DNA of 64,000 nucleotides from an uncultured virus (IMG/VR IMGVR_UViG_3300042301_004094) (taxonomy: Duplodnaviria > Heunggongvirae > Uroviricota > Caudoviricetes): the IMG/VR virus record IMGVR_UViG_3300042301_004094, positions 62,001 through 126,000 of that record. One strand, written 5' to 3'. The notes beneath the pieces were generated by a model, which saw only the letters and a list, made by a program, of their open reading frames with translations, did no database searches and had not been told where the DNA came from. Below, one piece after another: positions 1 through 10,146 of the stretch. A program made the translations under genes and the position numbers. How positions within the stretch are numbered: position 1 is the stretch's first letter; each line of letters opens with the position of its first letter.

Positions 1-123
1 AAGATATATTAAACTTAACTCAGTAAGAGATGGATGGAAATTGTCATTGAATGGGATGAACCGAATGAAACAATCTCCAAATGCGCGAGGCAATTGCGAT
101 GATTTTTCAACAATATAAAACAT
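1..123 (-). CDS. N-terminal fragment of a gene running off the window (MFYIVEKSSQLPRAFGDCFIRFIPFNDNFHPSLTELSLIYL...), possibly a DNA polymerase/exonuclease-related protein
   Basis: Manually translated: ATG at 123-121, open to the window edge. Not in the ORF track. The product guess is from recalled resemblance only. Confidence 0.5.
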   Translation of the reverse strand, partial: MFYIVEKSSQLPRAFGDCFIRFIPFNDNFHPSLTELSLIYL

Positions 124-166
124 AACCTTTTTTTTGTAGACTTAAATGTAATATAAAAACTTTGAC

Positions 167-661
167 TTAAAAAGTTTCTTCTTGAAGATAAAGTTTTATT
201 CCAGGCATTTTTTTATCGGCCTGTTCTACTTCATCTATGTTAAAAGTTCCCCCTTTTCTAAAACCTCCTGTTACATCACAATTTAATACTACTGTTTGGT
301 ATAAAGGATTATTTTTAACAGAATTATAAGTATCAATATTTATTTCTTTTATATAAACAGGAATAGTATGGATGTATTTAATAAAATATCTTAACACAAA
401 CTTTTCATCAGTTGATATATTCCCTTCTTCATCTTCTTCAGGAATGACATCATTTAAATTAAAATAATATCCATTTACTTTATTATTTTTAACTAAACTA
501 GATGCTAATATTAACTGTTTTGATCTTCCTGTATATACTTTTCCAGGATATGCTTTACCCTTCACCTCACAGTAATATCCTGTATAGGGGTTATAATTAG
601 AATCTAAATATTTTTCCCCTGATGTATAATTTACTTTTGCTACATTTTTAGGTACTCTCAT
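167..661 (-). CDS. hypothetical protein, last gene of the baseplate cluster
   Basis: 164 aa ORF whose start overlaps the stop of the upstream hub-amidase gene by 1 nt. Confidence 0.7.
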   Translation of the reverse strand: MRVPKNVAKVNYTSGEKYLDSNYNPYTGYYCEVKGKAYPGKVYTGRSKQLILASSLVKNNKVNGYYFNLNDVIPEEDEEGNISTDEKFVLRYFIKYIHTIPVYIKEINIDTYNSVKNNPLYQTVVLNCDVTGGFRKGGTFNIDEVEQADKKMPGIKLYLQEETF

Positions 662-3600
662 TATAAATTTTTAAGTATATACTGTTTAATTGTTTGTCCT
701 TCAGATGGGGCTTTTGTAGCACGTCCTTTTGAATCTTTTGGAGCAATTTCACCATGTCCAAAGATTTGACTCTTTTTAAATCCTAAAAAGTGTATAAGGC
801 GTGCTGCTGCTATCACCTGAACTGGTAATACATCTGCATCATTTAGTGCTACTACCTCTACTCCTATTGATTTACCATTATAATTTCCAGCATGCCATCC
901 TTTAGCTCCATCTGGCATAAATCTATAAATTCCTCCATCCCTTCCAATTACATATTGTGCTGGTAGGCCCCTATCATAAAAAGTTCTGTATGTGTGTATT
1001 GATCCTTCACGTCCGTCTCTTCCAGTGCTACCCGCAGTGTGGTGAACTACAAATGCTGTTGGGGGTGAGGAAATAGTACCTAAATTAAATCTATTTAATT
1101 TTGTATCATCAATAATTCCCGCTTCTGTTAATAGCGGTATTTTTTGTTTTGATAAATCTATATCTGATGTTCCTTTAATAAATTTGTAATTTGGATAGTA
1201 TTTAGAGAAATTTTGAGTTGATACTGCTTCTCCTACTTTAACTAAAGTCCCTCCTTCTGCATTTTTTACATTTTCTTTCCATGTTCCAGTACCATCTGTG
1301 TAGTTAGAACTTCTTAATCCTCCACCACCATTTCTAACTTTAGCAGTAGCACTAGTAACTCTACTTCCTTGTAAAGTAACATCAAATAAATCTACTTCTT
1401 CACCATCTGGGTCTTCTAGAATAATTGTTTGTCCCTCTAATTTAGTTGTCCAACCACTGTCATTAATTGTATGTCCTATACCTGTTAAAATATATCCTAA
1501 TCTTCTACCAACTTCACCATCAGTTTTATATCCTTTAGGAAGTAAATCTGGGTGGATATTAAACATATGTCCTATAATTAGATTTGATATACCATCTATT
1601 TCTAATGATAGTTTTGTTGGGATAATTGCTTTAAATTTAATTGGATTTGCAGACAATGCTCTAAAAATTGCTATAACATCTCTAAGAGCACCTTCATATT
1701 TAGATGCTTCAGTTACTTCAAAATCTGCTTCAAAATCACCAATCCAGCTTTTACCCATCCAACTAATAAATTCATATATAGGTAATAAATTAGTTAATAA
1801 ATTTTCTAATTGAATAGCAGTGCTATCATCAGCACTCGTTGTATTCATAGCATTTATTTTTTTCTTTAAACGGTCTTTTACACCTTGGTTAAAACCAACC
1901 ATAGTATCATTTTCTAAGCCTAATTGACCACCCCCTGTTTGGGCTCCTATTGCTACGATAGAAGATTGTTCAGAAAATATTTGTGATTCTAATGAATAAT
2001 TTCTTACAGTAGACCACAAACCATTATATTTTCCTGTTGGTTTACCATCTTCTGAATAGAATGTAAATGCATTATTATAAGCATCTGCTTTATTTTGTGT
2101 ATCTACAAAGTTGATGTCTATAATTCTAGCTATATTATCTACAGGATCAACGTGTATATCAAAATTATTTACATTTCCTGTCGCAGTAGATATATCTGCT
2201 AGCATTTTCTTTAGAAAATCATACAGATTAATAGTATTTTTTTCAGTTTTATCTCCTCCTTCTAATCCAGGGTCTTTACTTATTTTTAACAAATAACGTA
2301 AACTAACATATATATTTCCTATTTGACCTAAACCTGCTTTACAAGCGGCATCGGGAGTGCCACTATCATCAGCTACAGAAAATGGTTTTAAATTATCCAT
2401 AAATGCAAGAGCATTTGCGGCACCTTTTTGAGCATCTTTTACTTCTTTTGTTTTTCGCTCTAATTCAATTTGAGCTGTAATTGTTGCTTTTTTAGTTTTA
2501 ATTATACCTAAATCTGTTCCTTTTAAATTCTTTAAACCTAAAGAAATACCTTCTATCTCTGATTCTAGAAAAGATGCATCTAGAAAATCATAAAATTGTT
2601 CAAATTGATAATAACCTTTTCCACCTGTAGATACTTGTGGGGTAATAAACCCATCCTTTTTTTCAACCTTTACTGCTAATTCATATTGTCTTTGCAATTC
2701 ACGAGCAGCCGAATCTACATCAATGCCTGCTTTATTACAAGCATCAAAATATCTTGTAAGAGAATCTGCAATAGTTTTTTCATCACTATTATCCTTCACA
2801 CCCTCAGGTATTACTGTGTTATTTATTACTATACTAGCAGCAACTTCTACTGTAATTTTGGAGCCTAAAAAATCCATAGTTTTACTTGTACCATCACTAT
2901 TCTTAACTTGAGGTCCTGGGTCCCCTACAACAGTTGTAGTTGCTGCTGATCCTGTAGGGGTTGAAGCTAAATCTTCAGGTAATTTAAAAGCTCCCCAAAT
3001 ATCATTTTTAATTAAACATACTGTAGGATTTACAGATATTTGTAAAGGATGGCATAAGCCTAATAAATAAGGGGCTTCTGGTTTTTTTAAATTTCCAGAA
3101 GACATTTTTACTCCATTTTGGTAAGGTCTATCACTTGTTGTTACACCAACAATTGGTTTATTTCCATCTTCTGCTACAATACCTACTGTTATATGGTTAT
3201 TTATTAACTTACATAAAGATTCTAGTGTAATGAATTTTTGACGATCAGTGTCGTCAAATTCTTCATCTTCTTCACCTTCTCCGTGTAATTCAATATCCAT
3301 GGTAAACATATCATATGTAACACCATATTTATCAGTTACTTCATACTTAGCACTTTGGTTTTCTGATTCAACAGAACACCACAATTCGTATATTAATCCT
3401 GAAATAAAGTTTCTAGAATAGAATTTTTTTAGATCTTCTGGTTTTGGAGTCTTTGCTGAGGGTGTTATTTTTAAGTACCCATTAGCTTCTAATGATATTA
3501 ATGATAAATTAGCTGCTGAGTAGTTTATTTTTAATGATTCTATCATTTCACCGATAGAAATCAGAGTTGTTGAGCAATCATATCCTCCATCTGGTCTTGC

Positions 3601-4242
3601 AGACCATTTATAATTTTTTACTATACCTAAGAATCCACCATAATTTCCCTGTGCTCTTTCCTCTTTTTCAAATAATTGTTGAAATACATTTTGATAATCT
3701 TTATCAATGAGGCTGCTATCAAATATATTAAATGGAGTTTCTGGGGTTGTTACTAAATCTCCATTATTATTAATATAAGCAGTCCAACCCCATTCTAATA
3801 ATACAGAATAACCTGGTCTCATGTAGAGTAATTCTAAATCTTCTAATTGAGTTATATCCCAACAATTAAAATTTATTGTTACTTCTCTTAATGAACCATA
3901 AGCACCTTTGGATTTAACCTCAGCACTTGTAATACCAGGCATTGGTCTAATACCATACAAATGTGTTTTACCGCTTGGTGTTTGCAATGAATATGCATTT
4001 TCAGGACCTTTTCCTACACCACTTCTTAATTTATCATTGTGTAAAGCACCACCTAATAAAACATAATTTTTAGCTAAGGCTCCACTATCTCCATTCACAT
4101 CAACAGATGAAGACATTCTTAACCATGCCTTTGCACCGTTGTGGATTGATATGTCTGTTAAATTACGTCTATTAAGAGCCTCTCCTCTTTTTAAGAGTTG
4201 CTGTTTGATATGAGACGGAAATGATTCTTTAAATATAGACAT
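661..4242 (-). CDS. baseplate hub / tail-associated lysin with C-terminal N-acetylmuramoyl-L-alanine amidase (Amidase_2-like) domain
   Basis: C-terminal motifs FVVHHTAG, YVIGRDGGIY, GWHAGNYNGKSIGVEVV and IFGHGEI. The N-terminal RPMPGITS...LRPGYSVLLEWGW-type hub region and the position after tape measure and LysM-like genes support the hub call. Confidence 0.75.
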   Translation of the reverse strand: MSIFKESFPSHIKQQLLKRGEALNRRNLTDISIHNGAKAWLRMSSSVDVNGDSGALAKNYVLLGGALHNDKLRSGVGKGPENAYSLQTPSGKTHLYGIRPMPGITSAEVKSKGAYGSLREVTINFNCWDITQLEDLELLYMRPGYSVLLEWGWTAYINNNGDLVTTPETPFNIFDSSLIDKDYQNVFQQLFEKEERAQGNYGGFLGIVKNYKWSARPDGGYDCSTTLISIGEMIESLKINYSAANLSLISLEANGYLKITPSAKTPKPEDLKKFYSRNFISGLIYELWCSVESENQSAKYEVTDKYGVTYDMFTMDIELHGEGEEDEEFDDTDRQKFITLESLCKLINNHITVGIVAEDGNKPIVGVTTSDRPYQNGVKMSSGNLKKPEAPYLLGLCHPLQISVNPTVCLIKNDIWGAFKLPEDLASTPTGSAATTTVVGDPGPQVKNSDGTSKTMDFLGSKITVEVAASIVINNTVIPEGVKDNSDEKTIADSLTRYFDACNKAGIDVDSAARELQRQYELAVKVEKKDGFITPQVSTGGKGYYQFEQFYDFLDASFLESEIEGISLGLKNLKGTDLGIIKTKKATITAQIELERKTKEVKDAQKGAANALAFMDNLKPFSVADDSGTPDAACKAGLGQIGNIYVSLRYLLKISKDPGLEGGDKTEKNTINLYDFLKKMLADISTATGNVNNFDIHVDPVDNIARIIDINFVDTQNKADAYNNAFTFYSEDGKPTGKYNGLWSTVRNYSLESQIFSEQSSIVAIGAQTGGGQLGLENDTMVGFNQGVKDRLKKKINAMNTTSADDSTAIQLENLLTNLLPIYEFISWMGKSWIGDFEADFEVTEASKYEGALRDVIAIFRALSANPIKFKAIIPTKLSLEIDGISNLIIGHMFNIHPDLLPKGYKTDGEVGRRLGYILTGIGHTINDSGWTTKLEGQTIILEDPDGEEVDLFDVTLQGSRVTSATAKVRNGGGGLRSSNYTDGTGTWKENVKNAEGGTLVKVGEAVSTQNFSKYYPNYKFIKGTSDIDLSKQKIPLLTEAGIIDDTKLNRFNLGTISSPPTAFVVHHTAGSTGRDGREGSIHTYRTFYDRGLPAQYVIGRDGGIYRFMPDGAKGWHAGNYNGKSIGVEVVALNDADVLPVQVIAAARLIHFLGFKKSQIFGHGEIAPKDSKGRATKAPSEGQTIKQYILKNL

Positions 4243-4246
4243 AACA

Positions 4247-4546
4247 TTATTTGTAATTTAAATCGTCAAACATTTTTAATACAGCACCTAAATCTGTTGG
4301 TATTCTTAATTGAGTACCTGGTGTTAAGAACATAGATCCTTTGTTTATATTATTGTTTGCTGATGATATAATCCACCAATATTCTGGGTTTTTGTAGTAT
4401 GAATAGGCTAATAGATCTAATCTATCTCCTATTGTTGTGATAACATAGATATCATCCTCGGTTAAAGGAATGTTTGGGTATTTCTTTAACTTAAGGTATT
4501 TAGTACCTGTTGGTGTTTGTATAATATCTCTTGTTGTGTATCTCAT
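4247..4546 (-). CDS. LysM-like / tail X-like baseplate protein
   Basis: GDRLDLLAYSYYKNPEYWWIISSANN...PGTQLRIP is the typical LysM-like baseplate signature. Confidence 0.8.
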   Translation of the reverse strand: MRYTTRDIIQTPTGTKYLKLKKYPNIPLTEDDIYVITTIGDRLDLLAYSYYKNPEYWWIISSANNNINKGSMFLTPGTQLRIPTDLGAVLKMFDDLNYK

Positions 4547-6837
4547 TATCTAGCTTGTGATCCTGTTAAAAATCCTGTTCCACTCATTGGGTTATCTAAA
4601 TAAGATAAAAATCCACCTTCTTTATATGTAGATAATTCTTTTCCAATAATAGTAAAACTAAATTGTGCATTTATATACATTGCTAATTTTTCATCTATAT
4701 CCCAAGATGAAACATCAGGTATATCAAAAGAAACTGATGTTAATATTCCTGGTTCTGCAACTAAGTAATTCCCTAATGTTACTTTTGTAATTATTCCTCC
4801 TAATCTATTATTACCATCATATTTTCCAGCACCTGCTGATTGTAATTGACTTAATGCTCTATGTTTTTCAAGTAAATGAATTCTATTAAAACATGGGACT
4901 TGTATGTTAAAACTTACATCTCTTTTATGCTCAGTGAAGGTATAAAAACTCTCTGACCTTCCCACATATTTTACTGGGTTCCAAGTTGAGTTTGAATTAT
5001 ATTTAAAACCTGATAAATATGCTGAGAATACTACTGTTCCTAGGTCAGTAGTGTCAAATGGATTTATTGGATCGAAAGTTACTAGCATTATGTTTCGATC
5101 AATTCTATCAAAGTTGGGAATCGTATCTCGTCCACTAAAATATTTAAAAGAAGGTTTACCACTACCCTTAATCTTTGGATCTCTATCTATGGTAATTTCT
5201 TCTGTTTTAAAATTTGTTTGATTTATTTCAGTTTTTGGAGAATCAGCCATTTCTCCATTTTCATATATTGTTTTTAATTTATTTTCTTCAGGAATGTTCT
5301 TTACATTTACAATAGATGCTTTAACTAAATTCTTCTTTGCACGTTTACCACTAGCAACAATAACTTCATCTAATTTACTAGATATATTTTCCCAGTCAGA
5401 TAATTGTTTTTCAGCATCTGCTTGAGATATTTTACTAGTAAATGTTTGAGTGCCTGTAGGATCATCTCCTTTTTCCCCTATAAAAGAATCTCCTGATGTT
5501 CCAACAAAAGTTGTAATCTCTCTACTTCCACCTATATACTCTGTATTTTCTTTAGTATATTTTAATGCAACAAATTTATCAAAAGAGGCAACTGTAAGTG
5601 GATTTATTGAAGGGATAAAATCTGTCGCTTTGACATCTACAAAAATCTTTCCATTCCCAATATCATCTTGTAATTTACTTGTTGAAACTTCTGTACTATA
5701 AAAGAAATCATTTCCTTGTCTTTTTCTACCTAAGGCCTTAAATTGATCAGTTTCTACAACTTTATTTAATGGGAAGAGGGGTGATAATGGAGATGAAATA
5801 GATCCAGTAGTCCAAATTTCTTCAGATGTTTCAAATCTGCTTTGTTCGGTTAATGGATTAACAGATATACTTCCAATTATAGTTTGGAATTGTGATTCAA
5901 CAAGAGCGTCATTTATTTTTCTTTTATCTTCAGTAAAAGTATGTCTATTGATAGTAGTTCTTCCTATACCATATAATGAATTAGGACCTCCATTGTAACT
6001 ATCAATAGTAAATTGACTAAGTAATGCTTTTACATCTAGTTTATTTCTTTTAAAATTAGTACGATCAAAATCAGTACGGATAAATTTTTCTCGAAAAAAA
6101 TCACCACCAAATTCCTTAGAATATTGTCTTAAAAGTTGATTAGTAGCTCTGTTAGCTTGTCTTCCTTCTCTGTTAGTAGCTCTGTTAGCTCGTCTTCCTT
6201 CTCTGTTAGTAGCTCTGTTAGCTCGTCTTCCTTCTCTGTTAGCAATTCTATTTTCTCTTCTTTCTTCTTGTAAATCAAAATCCTCACCAACACCTCCTAT
6301 ATTATCTCCTAAATTGAATTTATCTGTTAAAGCAACTAATCTATTATTATCAGAATTTTTATTATTTTCAGCAACTACCTTAATGTATTTAATACTATCA
6401 TCCGTTACTGGGAAAAGACCATGTCTTGTTAAGTGTCCACCGAATGCCGTAAGAGGGATTTGACGAAGGGTGTTAATACCTAAATTATATAAACGAGTTG
6501 AACCAAGCAACCCACCAAGACTTTTTTTAGTTTCAAGTTTTGGATTAGATAATTGCAATCCAACTTGTTTAGCTAAAAATAAAGGTCCTTTAGGTAAGTC
6601 TTTAAAAAATTTACCTATACGAATCGTATCAACTATTGAGGCATTTAAAGCTCCTATATGTCCCCCTCTAATTAAACCATCATCAAATTTAGTAAGTCTA
6701 AATCTAGTAAGGGGTTTATCTAAATCTTTTAATTCGGTTTTTACATAAGGTTGCCCACTGTTACCCCCGTCTGAAGTATCATTACCGTACTTCAAACTAC
6801 GTAGTTTGGTAGCATTTAACTGTGTTATTATAGGCAT
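4546..6837 (-). CDS. baseplate / tail tube initiator-like protein
   Basis: C-terminal FSAYLSGF...WNPVKYVGRSESFYTF...RDVSFN resembles tube-initiator domains. Lies between tape measure and the LysM-like gene. Confidence 0.6.
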   Translation of the reverse strand: MPIITQLNATKLRSLKYGNDTSDGGNSGQPYVKTELKDLDKPLTRFRLTKFDDGLIRGGHIGALNASIVDTIRIGKFFKDLPKGPLFLAKQVGLQLSNPKLETKKSLGGLLGSTRLYNLGINTLRQIPLTAFGGHLTRHGLFPVTDDSIKYIKVVAENNKNSDNNRLVALTDKFNLGDNIGGVGEDFDLQEERRENRIANREGRRANRATNREGRRANRATNREGRQANRATNQLLRQYSKEFGGDFFREKFIRTDFDRTNFKRNKLDVKALLSQFTIDSYNGGPNSLYGIGRTTINRHTFTEDKRKINDALVESQFQTIIGSISVNPLTEQSRFETSEEIWTTGSISSPLSPLFPLNKVVETDQFKALGRKRQGNDFFYSTEVSTSKLQDDIGNGKIFVDVKATDFIPSINPLTVASFDKFVALKYTKENTEYIGGSREITTFVGTSGDSFIGEKGDDPTGTQTFTSKISQADAEKQLSDWENISSKLDEVIVASGKRAKKNLVKASIVNVKNIPEENKLKTIYENGEMADSPKTEINQTNFKTEEITIDRDPKIKGSGKPSFKYFSGRDTIPNFDRIDRNIMLVTFDPINPFDTTDLGTVVFSAYLSGFKYNSNSTWNPVKYVGRSESFYTFTEHKRDVSFNIQVPCFNRIHLLEKHRALSQLQSAGAGKYDGNNRLGGIITKVTLGNYLVAEPGILTSVSFDIPDVSSWDIDEKLAMYINAQFSFTIIGKELSTYKEGGFLSYLDNPMSGTGFLTGSQAR
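6140..6243. repeat. 33-bp tandem repeat, about 3 copies, encoding NREGR(R/Q)ANRAT
   Basis: Unit ttagtagctctgttagct(c/t)gtcttccttctctg seen three times. Confidence 0.9.
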
Positions 6838-6852
6838 TCCTTGATTTGTTTA

Positions 6853-7149
6853 TTAATAACGACCGTCAGTCGGACCTAAATCGCTATATTTACGACCTGA
6901 TTTTGATTTGTATTGTTTTGCACGTGGGTTGCGTGGTGCCTTAGGATCTAATTCATTTAATGTAGATTCTGGTCTAACTTTAGAAGAACCATTAAAGTCA
7001 ACTAATTTAACTTTAGGATCTGTGTGAATTGAATACTGATTGTGTAATTTATCAGTTGCGGTACCAGCAAAATATCCAAATTTTCTAGCTTCTAATCTAT
7101 TAGCTGTCAAACCCAATTTGCTTTTGTCTTTTTGATTAATGATTGCCAT
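6853..7149 (-). CDS. small basic hypothetical virion-associated protein
   Basis: 98 aa ORF with its own upstream ATATTTATA motif (7175-7183). Confidence 0.7.
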   Translation of the reverse strand: MAIINQKDKSKLGLTANRLEARKFGYFAGTATDKLHNQYSIHTDPKVKLVDFNGSSKVRPESTLNELDPKAPRNPRAKQYKSKSGRKYSDLGPTDGRY

Positions 7150-7187
7150 TTTATTTAATTTAAAATTGTCTATGTATAAATATTAAA

Positions 7188-9845
7188 TTAGGCCGTTTTG
7201 TAACGTCCGTTCATATTTTGTGTTGTACCTACTTTCACACTATCCATCATTACTATACCTTCTTTATTGATTAATTGACCAATAGCCGCTTTAACTTCAT
7301 TAAGAGCTGCTACTACTGGTGATAAATCAATAGATACTCCTCCACCACCACTTTCACCACCTGCTAAATCTGTGCCTACTTTAATTTTACCATCGGCCCC
7401 ATACATTGCTTTATCTTTTGGATCTAATTGTACAGAACCAAACTCTCCAGTCATTACAGGGCCTTTGCTTGGATCAACTATACCATCTTTCATAGCCATA
7501 TAAGTACCTAAAGAAGCCATAACAGCTGCTAAACCTGCTATAATCCATACTGTAGCAGCACCAAATGAAGCGGCTTCTGCCGCTGTAACTGTAGCAGCGG
7601 CTGTTGTAGTAGCTAATGTTGCTTCTGTACCTCTTAATGCTAACATTATTGGGTATTTTGCAATCTGCCCTACTAAAGATAATAATCCTATTCTAGAAAG
7701 GAAGGCTTTACTTCTTTCAACAATTAAATCTTTAAGAGCCCAACCGTATGCTATTGCTTTAGTAACTAATGATTCCTTTTCTAAAGCTGAGTTTAATTGT
7801 CTGAATGATAATTTTCCTCCTTCAGTAGCTAATCCTATTGCTGCTTGAGCGTTACCAAAGGTTGTTGCTACATTTTCTGCTATTTTACTTGTTAAAGAAG
7901 CTGCTTGGTATCCTGCTTTTCTACCCATCAATGATGCAGATAACCCTTCAGTTACTGCTATTGCTTTACCTATTCCATTTATTGCAGCCATTGTTCCATA
8001 GATACCTAAAAATAATCCTCCTATTATTTTGATAGGAGTAGCCATATAATTGATTATATTCAAAGCTCCACTTAATAAATCTAAAAAGGAACCTAAAGGA
8101 CCTGCTAACAAATCTCCTACAATTCTTTGTAATTTCTCCATAGCAGCATTAAACTTATCTTGAACATTTTGTCTTTCAAGAGCTTGTGCTGCTTCTTCTT
8201 CATTTATTTGAGCTAAAGATTTACCAGATTTAACCGCTTCTTCTCTTTTTCTTAATTGTTCAGCTAATTTATCAGATGTAGTTCCTAAAGATTGAGCATA
8301 AGCGTTTTGTGCTAATACATTCATTTTAGAGAACTTAACAGCAGTCATGCCTTGGTTTGCTAATTCTTGAGCCACACCCGCCATATCACCTTGTAAAGCT
8401 AATGCTCTAGCTCTTTCTAAATTTAAAGCTTGACCTGTTAATAATTCAGCTTTTAATTCATTTTCAATTGATGATTCAAAATTTAATAAAGATTCTGCTT
8501 GTGATTTAGTATCTTCTAATGTAGTACCTAAGGCTTTCATAGCTACTACAGCTCTAGCTATACGCTCAGGATTATATCCTAAATTAGCAGCTAATTGACC
8601 TGATACTTTAACAGCCTCAGCTAATGCTGATCTGAAATCAATACCAACTTTAAGTTGGTTTCTTGCTGTTGCTAAACCTCTAACAAATGATCTATATGTT
8701 TCTTCAGATGATTTACCAGACAATGCAGCATATCTTTGAACTTGAGCTGCTTCATCTGCTTGTAATCCAACCTGTTTAGTTAATTTAATTTGAGTTTCAA
8801 GCTGGTCTGTTGTAAATTCATAAGCAAATCCAGTTGCCTTTACTAGTTCACCAAATGCTTGAGTTAATGTGGCTGTGTTTACGTTTAAATTTTCAGATGC
8901 GTTTTGGATATCAACCATCTTTTCTCTAAAAGCATCAGCTCTTTGAGTTCCATATCCTAATTGTTTTCCTAATTCAACTGCTTGTGCATTTGCATTTAGA
9001 GCAGCTTTAAAGAAGAAATTAGCAATCTTTAATAATATAGTTAATTGGGTAACGGGATCTTTTAATGCTTGTCCTATTCCAGAAACAGTTCCTTTTATTC
9101 CTGTCATTAACACATCCCATTTACTTCCTTCTTTAGCAGTATCTCTCATATCTTCTTTTAAATTTTCAAAGAAAGTACTACTAATACCTAATTTACCTAA
9201 AGAACCAACAATCCCATCTACTATTTTTCCAGATATACCTAATTTTTTAATAATTTCCTCTTCATCTTTTAATCTTTTTAAATTTAAGTCTTGAGCTCTA
9301 ACTAAATAATTATTATTTTTATCTAAAAATTTTCCTTCTTCATCAAATAAACCTAATAATTCTCTATATTGAGATATTTCTTCTAATTTTGATTTATTTT
9401 TACTCTCAATTGCTTTTTGTTCTTCAGCGTCTAAGGTTTTTCCTTTATATTTTTGATCTAAAAAAGTTTTACTTTTAGCTAATCTATCAATCTCTATTTG
9501 AAGTTTTTTTCCATTACTTATTAAATCTTGTTTAGATAATCTACTAATATCTTGAGAGTCGTATTTTAATTTATCAGCTAAACCACTGATTTTTCTAAAA
9601 CTTGAATTAATATCTTTAGAAGTAACATTAGTTCTAGATAGATCTCGTACAACATTTTTTAATTGATCGGCAAGATCTGTAAACTCATTATTCATTTCAG
9701 CAAAATGGCGCTGAGCATTAATTAATTCTCTATTAAACTCTGTTGTACTTGCTTTAACCTCATCCATTCGCTTTCTAAGTTCAATAGCGTTTAGACCTGA
9801 GTCTTTTAAGTACTGTTCAATTTGTTTTAATAATTTCTCATCCAT
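7188..9845 (-). CDS. tail tape measure protein
   Basis: 885 aa, helical and Ala/Leu/Gln-rich with hydrophobic C-terminal segments. Follows the tube and chaperone genes. Confidence 0.85.
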   Translation of the reverse strand: MDEKLLKQIEQYLKDSGLNAIELRKRMDEVKASTTEFNRELINAQRHFAEMNNEFTDLADQLKNVVRDLSRTNVTSKDINSSFRKISGLADKLKYDSQDISRLSKQDLISNGKKLQIEIDRLAKSKTFLDQKYKGKTLDAEEQKAIESKNKSKLEEISQYRELLGLFDEEGKFLDKNNNYLVRAQDLNLKRLKDEEEIIKKLGISGKIVDGIVGSLGKLGISSTFFENLKEDMRDTAKEGSKWDVLMTGIKGTVSGIGQALKDPVTQLTILLKIANFFFKAALNANAQAVELGKQLGYGTQRADAFREKMVDIQNASENLNVNTATLTQAFGELVKATGFAYEFTTDQLETQIKLTKQVGLQADEAAQVQRYAALSGKSSEETYRSFVRGLATARNQLKVGIDFRSALAEAVKVSGQLAANLGYNPERIARAVVAMKALGTTLEDTKSQAESLLNFESSIENELKAELLTGQALNLERARALALQGDMAGVAQELANQGMTAVKFSKMNVLAQNAYAQSLGTTSDKLAEQLRKREEAVKSGKSLAQINEEEAAQALERQNVQDKFNAAMEKLQRIVGDLLAGPLGSFLDLLSGALNIINYMATPIKIIGGLFLGIYGTMAAINGIGKAIAVTEGLSASLMGRKAGYQAASLTSKIAENVATTFGNAQAAIGLATEGGKLSFRQLNSALEKESLVTKAIAYGWALKDLIVERSKAFLSRIGLLSLVGQIAKYPIMLALRGTEATLATTTAAATVTAAEAASFGAATVWIIAGLAAVMASLGTYMAMKDGIVDPSKGPVMTGEFGSVQLDPKDKAMYGADGKIKVGTDLAGGESGGGGVSIDLSPVVAALNEVKAAIGQLINKEGIVMMDSVKVGTTQNMNGRYKTA

Positions 9846-9884
9846 GAGTAAACAATAATAGGTAATAGTTACCTGTATAAATAT

Positions 9885-9909
9885 AAAAAGCGCCTATTTC
9901 TTAGGCGCT
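9885..9909 (-). terminator. intrinsic terminator
   Basis: Hairpin agcgccta-tttct-taggcgct followed by TTTT on the minus strand. Confidence 0.6.
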
Positions 9910-10142
9910 CTTGTTGAATATGTGGGTTGTGATACGTTTGGTGTTAATGGTTTAGATGATGTTTGTGTTTTATTTTCAAGCTGTTTATTTTGTTTTTCTA
10001 TAGCTTCATTTTCATCATCGTAAAACTTTTTCATTTTATGGAACGTAAATCGACGCAACCATATCGGCATATTATACACTGTATTCCAATCATATCCACC
10101 TTTTCCATGAAACACTATTTCATGGATTTGGTCAAATATCAT
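9894..10142 (-). CDS. tail assembly chaperone, downstream (T-like) part; probably expressed as a frameshift fusion with 10147..10899
   Basis: Sits between the chaperone and tape measure. Its frame stays open upstream through a T7 run in the preceding gene. Confidence 0.65.
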   Translation of the reverse strand: MIFDQIHEIVFHGKGGYDWNTVYNMPIWLRRFTFHKMKKFYDDENEAIEKQNKQLENKTQTSSKPLTPNVSQPTYSTRAPKK

Positions 10143-10146
10143 AGGT

